In this document: positions 24,941 through 35,955 of the stretch, in pieces
How the letters are laid out: the number at the start of each line of letters is the position of its first letter
How positions within the stretch are numbered: position 1 is the first letter of the stretch
Origin: Saccostrea cucullata
Lineage: Eukaryota
Direction: 5' to 3'
DNA: 64,000 nt
Assembly: GCF_032062105.1 (NCBI RefSeq)
Contig: NW_026939309.1
Coordinates: 434,001 to 498,000 of the forward strand
Position numbers and translations under genes: made by a program
The notes under the pieces: generated by a model
What the model was told of the DNA's origin: nothing
The model's input: the letters and a program-made list of their open reading frames with translations, nothing else
Databases searched by the model: none

Positions 24941-26508
24941 TCAACTCTTGGACTCTGCTGACTTGAGAATGGCCTCGTAAGCATCCACCTCAATCTGGAA
25001 CTCGGCCTTGTCTACCGCCTCCACTGCGGCGTCTCTGGCGGTCTGGGCCTTGTGCATTGCGTCACGGGCCTCCTGTCAAGGGGAAAATCAAAGGTCAATT
25101 AACTGTTACAGAGGATTCCCTGATTATGGACTCGAAATATAAATGCTTCTACATAGGTTTGACTGATCCAGTATTTTCAATGTTTGCAGAGACGTTCAAT
25201 TATACCAAATATCTTGCGTTTTTAGTTTTGATTCAAAGATATAACATATCTGATGTACTTCTTTTTCCTGGTAACACTGTACTTACTGAGGGGTCCAGGT
25301 CTGAGAGTTCACAAGCCTCCTCAGCTAAAACATGGACAGATCCATCAGGGTTTACTGTCAGGGATCCACTGCTGGCTGTAAACATTAACCAAAGGGGAAT
25401 AACATAACTTGTGTTTCATTCATTTATAAAAAAAAAATGGTGCTTGATGAATTAGAGTATATTTTTAACACAATTCTCGTAACTTTCAAAATAACTAAAA
25501 AATCTTTGCTATGATAACAGGTCTTTCAGACTTACCAAATATGTTCCTAGTGTCAGAGTCATTAACAACCACTGTGACGACACCTGGTTGTAAAACAGCA
25601 AGTGTTGGTACGTGCTGAGGTAGAATACCAAAGACTCCATTTGTTGTGGGGACGTTAACTTGTTTTACGGCTTCGTCTTTGAAAAATACCTGAAAAACAG
25701 TTACGAAATATTGCAAACAGTCTTAATTACTAATAGATTATACTGAGCACAGCGAGCGTCACTTTGCGACGCTCGTCACTGCGAGCTCTTAGAGCAAAGC
25801 CTGGGCGAAGAGAAAAATTTGGACTATTGCACATTCGTCTGACTTTTTTTCCTCAGTATTTCTGGACCCACTTTGTATTGCTTGTTAAAGCTACGTAGTA
25901 GCAAAAGTTCAACTAAAAGTTGACACGCCTAGATTTAATCGACAAATATATTGAAAATAAACAGTAAACAAAATGTTCTTCATTTACTTTCAGCACTGTT
26001 CAGGCTTCTTCTTGGTAATTGAAACTTACAAACAACGTATGTGACATCAGAGTCTAGCCGCATCAAAGTGGCAGGTGCGGCTTGTCGACGGCAGCACCGT
26101 CAACATTTAATCATTTTTGTCATTGTAAAAATGTTAATAGAGTAAAATGGACAGGGTGCCAATGCAAGTTTTAAATAGCTGTCAATTCACAAACTGAAAA
26201 CACTGACATTCTAACTAGCTTTCTACAATGTTCATGGTGAACAGGTAGCTTAAAAATAGATATGGAATCAAAAACAAATATTTTGAGTTTTAACTACTGC
26301 CTTTTCTAATCAGAATGACCGAGGAAAGTTGGGCTATATTAGCTACAAGGTGAACTCTTTATCATACCTTATTTGGTGAGGCCATTGTGAACGTTAAGCT
26401 AGAGGCATCTGCATATCCCCTTTTCTGTTGATTCTGGAGGGTAGAAACTCGGCAACATTGACCAATTAGCGATGGAATTCTCGCAGAACGTCGAATGAGG
26501 TTTGCCAT
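24941..26508 (-). CDS. ATP5F1D: Mitochondrial ATP synthase F1 subunit delta, 4 coding exons
   Basis: Exons 26508-26368, 25689-25536, 25375-25287 and 25072-24941. Arg-rich presequence MANLIRRSAR..KRGYADA, LTFTMASPN, QVNVPTTNGVFGILPQHVPTLAVLQPGVV, ASSGSLTVNPDGSVHVLAEEA. Confidence 0.96.
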
Positions 26509-27258
26509 GGCTGCCGGGTTTCGCTGTTCTGCGACCTCTAGTAATTGTGGAATATCGAGCCCGACCTATTTTATGTTGACTACAAACACTGAACAACTCA
26601 CTAATATCTGATGAAGGCTAACTTTTACCCTATATATTTATGTATGTGGAGTCAGGACATTCATTTTGAGATACGCCTAACAGCTTAAGAAATATGGTTC
26701 CTTTATTTCTTATTTAGCAATATAGTATGCTCTGCTCTCTTTCTCCATTCCATATCCAGATAATTTTTTTCCTTAATATTTTACATTTAGTATATTGCTT
26801 GAAGAGCATTGCTGTTTTAAATGTCAGTAAATTAATGATCTTTGACAGAAGTACAGTGTATAACATGGTAGTTTTATTATTTTATTTTTTCATTTTGGAA
26901 AAGTCGACCAAGCTAGATGAATATAAAGGAAGGAGAAAACAAGAAAGATAACTCTTATAAGTGATGTGTTTAATGCAGAATCCAAAGTTCAGAAACCAGG
27001 CCATCAAATAAAAAGTTCCACAGAAAGTACATGTATATGTAGTTCAATTTAGATACATCAGGGGTAAGTCAATTTGATTAAACAAACTTTAGAGACACAC
27101 AAAATTGGAGATTAAATTATAGGTTGCATTTCTATTTTTAACCCATTGAATGTTCTGAACATGTTGGGAAAGCATTTTAATTGCTGTCTTGAACTAACTG
27201 GCAGAGTATATGTGTCTTGTGTGTTGTCATAGAATAAAAGAATGTACAGGAACTTTGT

Positions 27259-30200
27259 ATGGGTGGAAGACAAACATTATTGAAAACGATGTCACAATCA
27301 AGCAGAAAACAACCTATCCACATTGATGGATTTGTCAAACCAGGATTTGAGAAAGTCTTCGAAGTATTCAGGTTTGTTGAGATTATGAAACTTCAACATA
27401 TCTGGGAAAAAAAAAAACATAACATTGAAGAAGTTGACTTTCCCACTAATATATATACATCACTGTATGATTCTGTGCCTTGATCGGCAATATAATATGC
27501 AAAATTGATCATGAGATTCTGTAATTTATATACACATGTAAATATAAATAGCAATGTTCATCTTTTATTAGATTTATTGTTTAAAACAGGTATAATCTAG
27601 AGAATGATATTGAGAGAGGAGGGACTTTTGCGGCATACTACAGGGGGGAACTCGTGGTGAATATCTGGGGAGGATACGCGGATCGTAAGTCCAGGGTCAA
27701 GTGGAAGAAGGATCTGATGCCATGTTTTTATTCCACAACAAAATCTCCCTCAGCAGCTGTAATTGCTCACCTGGTGGACAGGTAAGTTAACATCTGTAAA
27801 AGTACTCACTGTATGTCACAAAATTAGCCACCACAGGTAAGTTAAAGTCTTTAAAAGTACTCACTGTACGGCACAAAATTAGCCACCCGGTGGACAGGTA
27901 AGATAAAGTGAAGTAAAAGTACTCACTGTATGGCACAAAATTAGTCACAAAATTAGCCACTACAGGTAAGTTAAAGTCTGTAAAAGTACTCACTGTATGT
28001 CCCAAAATTAGCCACCTGGTGGACAGGTAAGATAAAGTGAAGTAAAAGTACTCACTGTAGGTTACAAAATTAGCATGACACCTTATTTTCATGAGAAAGT
28101 TATTTGCTATAATTCATAACCGAGACAAAATTTTCACAACTCTGGTTACTGCTGAATATTACATTATATATACACTGTAATTAAATTTGAAAATGAAATT
28201 TTTGCAAGCTAAAGATCTTGTGTAATTGCTCAAAAAACAAAGTTCTCAGACATGAATAAAAATTGTTTTACAATACTGAAGTTTGCAATAAAACATATTT
28301 TTGAGGGCACGGAGGTGATAGTAATTATAAATTGCTGTTTAAGGGGAGGTAACTGTAAAAGTTGTAGATCTCTGTATAGGTAGTGTTGTTTACAGATTTT
28401 TTGCCAATTGTCATTTTCAGGGGATTCCTGGATTATTCTGAGAGGGTTTGTAAATATTGGCCAGAGTTCGCAGCCAATGGGAAAGAGGGCATCACGTTAG
28501 AAACACTAGTCACAAATAGGGTAGGAAGCAGACAGTATTAGCACCCTCTATAACTATACCTACTGGTAACTATCTAACTCGACTGTACACAATACTTTAA
28601 TATCTTACATGCAGGCTGGGTTATCTTGTACAGAGGAGAAGTTCACGATGGCCATGTCTAAAGATGACCCTGACAGGCTCGGGAGGATACTGGCCAATCA
28701 GAAACCACTGTGGACTCCTGGTGAAGATAATTATAGCACAAAGACATGATAAGTTCAGTAACAAGTATTATTTTTGTTCAAAATTGAGATAAAAACTATC
28801 TGTCTTCATTCCAGGCTCTAACCATGGGTACCACCCTATCACCTTTGCTCTGTACTTGGATCAAATTGTTAGAAGGGTGGACCCCCAAAAGAGGAGCCTG
28901 TCACAGTATTTCCATGAAGAAATGGCAGTACCCTTTGGTGTGTGACATTTTTATAATGCTTAAAATCATAAGAATTGATTCATAAGGAGGGGATGTCATT
29001 TGTCTTGTACCAAATTTGAATTTTATAGGAAGAAGTCTTGATAAATTGATGTCTTGGGAAGGGTTTTTTTTTTTGCTTGGATGGCAGTTGTTTCATAAAT
29101 ACTGAGCAAATTTCTCTTTCATGCAGATTAATTAAAGAGAAATTAATTTTGCTTCACAATTATAGAAAGTAAAATAGATTCCTTTATTTATCAAACATCC
29201 TATAGGTCTTGACTTCCACATTGGTCTTCCGTATGAGAAGCAGTACAGGGCTCCTCGTATAGTGATGATGAAAAGCTTTGATCAGGAGGAGTACATCAGA
29301 AACTTCAAAGGTGACCTCAGTATTCTACAACTCACAGGAGGAAACCCCACAGACTTCATCGGGGTAAGAGGAGCAAACATTAGGGAGGGGCGTAAACTTT
29401 ACTGAGATATATATTTATATGAGTACAAGAAATTCTACACCATTTCATTTCATAATTTTGAGAGTAAAAATTTTCTCCCCAGCAAGATATATTTTGAAAA
29501 TTCTTATATTTAGCAATTATTTTCTTCAAAATTTATATTAGTTTAATTTTTTCAAGATGGATGGGTATTACTGAGGAAAAGGTTTGACAGATTTGCGATC
29601 ATTACTAGCATAATTTTTTTTCAGGTTCGGAGGATGAATGACCCAGATATCCAAGTGCTCCCGGTGGGGTCTGTTTGTGGTCACGGTACAGCGGAGTCCA
29701 TGGCTAAGTTCCACGCTATTCTGGGGGAGGGTGGGGTATGGCAGGGGAAGCGACTCCTCTCCCAGGACTCGGTGGACAGATTCCAGCAGATTAAGAGTGG
29801 GGGGTATGATCTGGCCTTCAGTATGGACGGGATGTGGAGCTACGGAATGATGATATTCCCAGTCATGGAACAAGGAAAGCCAGTGAGTGGCTGCTTCAGA
29901 TTACATGTACTAGCAAATTAACTGTAGTGAATTTAATGTTTGTGAAAATATAATGTAGATGAAAATTTATTTATAAAAGAAATGTACATTAAAACTTGAT
30001 TTAAATCCCCTGTGTCATGACAGTGTATAAAGGGAAGAATTGTATAAAAGTATGTGTACTGTATATACTCGCCTATAAGTTTGTCGGCCTATAAGTCGGT
30101 TGTATTTTTTAAGCTGATGTTAGAAGGATTAATGTTCTAAAATACCAATCTTTCTATATCTTGCCTATAAGTCGGACATATAGTTTAGGACCAAAGTTTA

Positions 30201-30628
30201 ACTCCCAAAAATCTTACTTACAGGAGAGTATCTATGGTACATGTACTGATACTTACAAGATTTCCTTTTTTTCAATAAAAGAGATGCATTACTTCATGCA
30301 TAGAACAACCTACATAAACATTACGATATTTTTTTCTATCTACTTATAAAAAATGTTGACCTCTTTGTAGACAATGTTTATGTTTGGCCATGGTGGATAT
30401 GGAGGTCAGATGGGGCTGGCGGACACCACCTACAGAGTGGGGCTAGCGTACGCCACCAGTCACCTTGACCCCACATCGCGTGCTGGGGCCGACGCAGACA
30501 AACGCTGGCCTTCTATGTACAACACATTATACAAGTGTATATATCAGATCGAGAATATCCGAGTCCCAAGGAAAACTTTATATTTGTATGAGGATTACAA
30601 GAAAGCCCAGGGGTCCAGCAAAATGTGA
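27259..30628 (+). CDS. Serine beta-lactamase/EstB-family protein (beta-lactamase domain-containing protein 2-like), multi-exon
   Basis: IDGFVKPGFEKVFEVF, GELVVNIWGGYAD, catalytic S-x-x-K (FYSTTK ~27726), YWPEFAANGKEGIT, PLWTPG..HGYH, FGHGGYGGQMGLAD. The start could be the ATG at 27259 or 27289. Confidence 0.9.
27768..28075 (+). repeat. ~55-68-bp minisatellite of exon end plus donor (5 copies)
   Basis: CACC(TGGTGG)ACAG|GTAAG..AAAAGTACTCACTGTA..CAAAATTAG repeated from the exon end at 27781. Confidence 0.9.
30059..30237. mobile_element. Degenerate Tc1/mariner-type MITE
   Basis: TA-flanked imperfect TIRs CTGTATATACTCGCCTATAAG / CTTACAGGAGAGTATCTATGG; internal CCTATAAGTCGG subrepeats. Confidence 0.6.
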
Positions 30629-31125
30629 TTGTTTTGGTTTCTCTATCTACATGTATTCCATTATGTTTTTAAATCTGTTCTAAGAGAGGCTAAAGGATAT
30701 AAATATGTACAGCCTTGGGAAGCAATTTTCTCAGGGACAGCTGAAAAAAATATTGTAAAAGGTTTACCTTTTTTATACAATGTACCTTTATAGAAGCATA
30801 TTGACCATATTTTTAAACAGCGTATGTTTATTGATGTGTATAATAACATAACTTATTCATGATTTTCACTTTGTTAATTGACTTTATGATTATACAGTTG
30901 TTAAATTTTATACCCAATAACCAAAATTATTTGTTGACAATAAATTGAAATATTAAAGCATGTGTTAATGGAATACCCATTCTGAATATCCTAATTACTT
31001 TTCTTGATATATCATCACATTTTCTTTTCTAAAAAGCTGCAACATGTCCAAATTAAGATGGAATACCAGAATGCCACTCTGTGAAAAAAGTGTATACTTA
31101 TTTCACACAAATGTGCATGACTTGT

Positions 31126-31601
31126 CAGGGTTCGACACTAACGCTAGCCCGCTGGCCAGGGACAACTGAATACTGAGGTCGGGCTACCAAACATGACTTT
31201 AAACTTACCCTGCAGGGCTACAGTAAATTTTACCAATTACTCACCAAGAGCAAGAAAATAATTATATTTACACACAATATAACTGATTATTGTTAAATTT
31301 ATTTTCAAACATGTTTTATCACATAATTATTATTTTTGTAAGTCAAAATGTAAACTTTAAAGGTGATTCAAAATACTCTAAATGAATATAAATATGGAAT
31401 TTTTCGAATAGAAAAAAATGTCTTAGGTACAATCATAGAGTGACATATAATTTTACCCAAAATACATCCAGAATGCAGGATTTTGCGTCTCTATTTTCAA
31501 AATTTCATGGGGGAGGCCCCCCGTACCCCCACCAGCAGGAGGAAATTAGAAATGGCTAGCCCTGCTGACAACTATGGTTTTAAAGTTAGTGTCGATCCCT
31601 G
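31126..31601. mobile_element. hAT-like MITE with 5-bp TSD (hAT5-like)
   Basis: TIR CAGGG(T/A)TCGACACTAAC; TSD CTTGT at 31121-31125 and 31602-31606. Confidence 0.85.
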
Positions 31602-31785
31602 CTTGTAAAAACAGTTTTCTTGTGGAAGTAGTAAATTGTTGTGGAACAAGTAAAAGAATATGTTTGGTAAACACGTTAGTATATACGCTGAAACCTGTCT
31701 AATCTGACATGCACTGAGAGATGAATTTTGTGTCAGAAAAGACAGTGTGCCGAATTGAAAAGTGTAAAATAACATTAAAATTAGT

Positions 31786-33619
31786 ACAAGAGGCCCAAGG
31801 GCCTTGAATCGCTCTTCTGATAAATTGTACAATCTATCACTTCTATTAGAAGCCTCCAACTCTATTAGAATCATAAGACCCAAAATGCATCAACTTACAA
31901 AGTTTGGTAATATTTAGCCAGTTAAGACTGAAGATATTATAATAAAATTATAAAATACCATAAGTAGGTCACAGTGACCTGCCTTTTGATTGAAATTTTC
32001 TGAGGACTCAAGATACATTAATTGACAAAGACTGATGATTCAAATTAAATAAGTACCTGAGATATTCAAAAGTAGGTCACCATGACCTACTTTTTGGTCA
32101 ACATTCTCTGAAAACCCAAGATGCATCATCTGACAAAGTTTGAGGATTCTAAGCCAATTAGTACCAGAGATAATTAAATACAGCCATCAAATGTCAAAAG
32201 TAGGTCACGGTGCTGGTTATTCAAAAACCCATAATGCCTAAATTGACAAAATTTGATGACTAAGCCGATAAGTACCTGAAATATTCAAAATTAGGTCCAA
32301 AATCAAAATCGTGACCTACTTCTTGTTGGACATTCATTGAAACCCTAAGATGCCTCAACTGACAATGTTTGATAATTTCGAGCCATTAATAAGTACCAGA
32401 TATAATTAAATATAGCCATACAAGAGGCCCAGGGGCCACAGCGCTCACCTGAGCACATCGGGCTTGAATTTATCCCCCCCCCCCTCCAGGCGTTCATCAT
32501 TTGAACAGATTAGAATCTACACTACCTGAGGATGATTCCATATAAATATCACTAATCATAGCTTTGAAGTACTTGAAAAGAAGATTTTAAAAGGTTTCCC
32601 TATATATCCCTATGTAAAACTTGGGTTGGCCATTTTGGCCCCACCCTAGCCCCGGGGGTCATGATTTGAACAAACTTGAATCTACACTACCTGAGGATGA
32701 TTCCACATGAGTTTCATCTTTCCTGGCCCAGTGGTTCTCGAGAAGAAGATTTTTAAAGATTTTCCTAATATATATTCCTATGTAAAACAAGGGTCGGCCA
32801 TTTTGGCCCCACCCTTGCCCCGGGGGTCATGATTTGAACAAACTTGAATCTACACTACCTGCGGATGATTCCACATGAGTTTCATCTTTCCTGGCCCAGT
32901 GGTTCTCGAGAAGAAGATTTTTAAAGATTTTTCCTATATATTCCTATGTAAAACAAGGGTCGGCCATTTTGGCCCCACCCTTGCCACGGGGGTCATGATT
33001 TGAACAAACTTGAATCTACACTACCTGAGGATGATTCCACATGAGTTTCATCTTTCCTGGCCCAGTGGTTCTCGAGAAGAAGATTTTTAAAGATTTTTCC
33101 TATATATTCCTATGTAAAACAAGGGTCAGCCATTTTGGCCCCACCCTTGCCCCGGGGGTCATGATTTGAACAAACTTGAATCTACACTACCTGAGGATGA
33201 TTCCACATGAGTTTCATCTTTCCTGGCCCAGTGGTTCTCGAGAAGAAGATTTTTAAAGATTTTTCCTGATATATTCCTATGTAAAACAAGGGTCGGCCAT
33301 TTTGGCCCCACCCTTGCCACGGGGGTCATGATTTGAACAAACTTGAATCTACACTACCTGAGGATGATTCCACATGAGTTTCATCTTTCCTGGCCCAGTG
33401 GTTCTCGAGAAGAAGATTTTTAAAGATTTTTCCTATATATTCCTATGTAAAACAAGGGTCGGCCATTTTGGCCCCACCCTTGCCACGGGGGTCATGATTT
33501 GAACAAACTTGAATCTACACTACCTGAGGATGATTCCACATAAGTTTCATCTTTCCTGGCCCAGCGGTTCTGGAGAAGAAGATTTGTTAAAAATGCCATT
33601 AATTTTTAACAAATTCATG

Positions 33620-33687
<68 letters not shown>

Positions 33688-33693
33688 ACTCTA

Positions 33694-33725
<32 letters not shown>

Positions 33726-33793
33726 TTTGAGGAGAAGATGAAAATGTGAAAAGTTTACAACGACGACAACAACAACGACGACGACAACGACAG

Positions 33794-33854
<61 letters not shown>

Positions 33855-35403
33855 TGTCAAAAGTAGGTCACAGTGACCTACTTTTTGGTCGACCTTCTCC
33901 GAAAACCTAAGATGCCTAAACTGACAAAGTTTGATGATTCTAAACTTATACGTACCTGAGATATTCAAAAGTAGGTCACTGTGACCTCAACTGACAAAGT
34001 TTGATGATTCTTAGCCAATAAGTGCCTGAGATAATTAAATATAGCCATAAAATGTCAAAAGTAGGTCACTGTGACCTACTTTTTGGTCGACGTTCTCCGA
34101 AAACCCAAGATGCATCAACTGACAAAGTTTGATGATTTTAGATCAATAACTACCAGAGATACTTGATTATAGTCACAAAATGTCAAAAGTAGGTCACCAT
34201 TACCTACTTTTTGGTCGTCACTCTCCGAAAACCCAAGATGCATCATCTCACATAGTTTGATGATTCTAAGCCAATAAGCACCGGAGATACTTAAATAAAG
34301 CCATAAAATGTCAAAAGTAGGTCACCGTGACCTACTTTTAGGTCATCACTCTCCGAAAAGCAAATATGCATGGACTCACAAAGTTTGATGATTCTAAGCC
34401 AATAAATACCTAAGATACTTAAATATAGCCATAAAATGTCAAAAGTAGGTCATCGTGACTTACATTTTGGTCGACATTTTCAAAAACCCAAGATTCATCT
34501 ACTGACCAAGTTTGATGATCGTAGGTCTGAAGGTAATCAAAATATGCGTTTTAAACAATTTGAAAACAAATGTCGGCAATATTCAAAAAGTAGGTCACAG
34601 TGACCTACTTTTTCATAAATATGTTTTAAGGTCCCAAGATGCATCAAAGTACAAGATTTGATGATTCTAAACCTCCCAGTGTCTGAAATAATGGGATTTA
34701 ATGTTTTGAAAAGGATAAGTCATAAAGTTCAAAAAGTAGGTCATGGTGACCTACTTTTAAGTTGACATTGTTCGAGGACCTAAGATGCATCAACTGACAA
34801 AGTTTGATGATCATAGGCCTTAAAGTGTCCAAAATATGTCTTCAAATCAATTTGAAAACAAATCCCCGCAAAATTTAAAAAGTAGGTCACCATGACCTAC
34901 TTTTGAGTTAACATGATGTGAAGTTGTAAGATGCATCAACTTACAAGAATTGATGATCCTAGTCCTTATAGTAAGCAAAATATACACGTTTTTATTAATT
35001 GTAAATTTAGGTCAACTTTGAAATGACCTTGAGACCACGCCCTTTGCCCCAGGGTAATTCCCCGTGCAAATTTTAATCTTCGACATATCCTGATCCTTGT
35101 TTGTAAGTTTGGTGAAAATCTGCCTGGTGGTTATGGAGAAGAAGATTTTTTTGCAACCAGTACTTTTGGTTTTGTTTTTTCTGATTATCTCACCTTGTTT
35201 AAGGGTCCCAACCCTTATTTTAGTATAAATGGTAGCCCTTGGGCCAAGGATACCCTGTGACAAATTTTGTACTGATTGGCCAAGGGATTCTTGAGTTATG
35301 GCCCATATTCTAAAAAGTTTACGCACACCGCACACCACACACCGCACACCGAACAAATGGCCATAGCATTAGCTCTTTGAGCCTTTGGCTCAGAAGAGCT
35401 AAA
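31786..35403 (-). mobile_element. Non-autonomous Helentron (HINE/pearl-like) with an internal 128/146-bp tandem array
   Basis: The right end has the TTTTAGCTCTTCTGAGCCAAAGGCTCAAAGAGC hairpin (minus strand) and a GTGTGCG microsatellite. The left end has the AGGCCCAAGGGCCT stem-loop. Internal monomers are centred on AAAAGTAGGTCACnnTGACCTACTTTT. Confidence 0.85.
32420..33852 (-). mobile_element. CvA/Cg_HINE-type Helentron with ~166-bp (Cg170/HindIII-like) satellite monomers, nested in the previous element
   Basis: Ends ACAAGAGGCCCAGGGGCC..GCTCACCTGAG and GCTCACTTGAGCCTTCGGCTCAGGTGAGCTAAAA; (GAC/AAC)n microsatellite; monomer anchors at 32658, 32826, 32992, 33158, 33325 and 33491. Removing it restores the host monomer ATAGCCATA|AAATGTCAAAAG. 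Confidence 0.9.
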
Positions 35404-35955
35404 AATGGGAAAGAAATTTTATGTCGGAATTCACAGTGTGATGGATTACACAGGTGTCGGATTAGACAGTAACACATGGCTTTGGTGATTGATACATTGT
35501 TATCTCCTCCAAATCTGTGATCCTTGGCATTCTCTCTCTCTTTTATTCTACACAAAACACAGGACACTTGTTAAGTTGTATCATCTTTATGATCATGACA
35601 TCCTTTAATATACATGTACATTTAGATTTTATCAAATCATGAACACATACACTTTTTCCCTGATTTGACAATGGAATTCTGTATAAAAATTAAGTCAAAC
35701 TGGTTTTTGCTCACATTTAGGAAAAATAAACAACCTCATATCCTTTACTGATAGCTGTGTTACACTTCACCAAATAAATGCAGTGTATGCATATCAGTTA
35801 AGTTTGCAAAAACATTTATCAAATGTTTCAAAGCACCCTTAAAATACAAACTTTAAAATAAAGAATTATTGCAAAAGAGCTCCCTGAAATTAATTATGTA
35901 AATCTGGTTTAAAACAAATTTGTGCATTTCGACTAAAGTAGTCGTACATGAATCT

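Noticed and set aside
27259-30628. Recent bacterial horizontal transfer or antibiotic-resistance gene
   Set aside because: It has multiple spliceosomal introns and belongs to a family already widespread in invertebrates.
32480-34900. CRISPR-like arrays (regularly spaced palindromic repeats)
   Set aside because: The sequence between palindromes is also repeated (no unique spacers), there are no cas genes, and the context is a eukaryotic Helentron.
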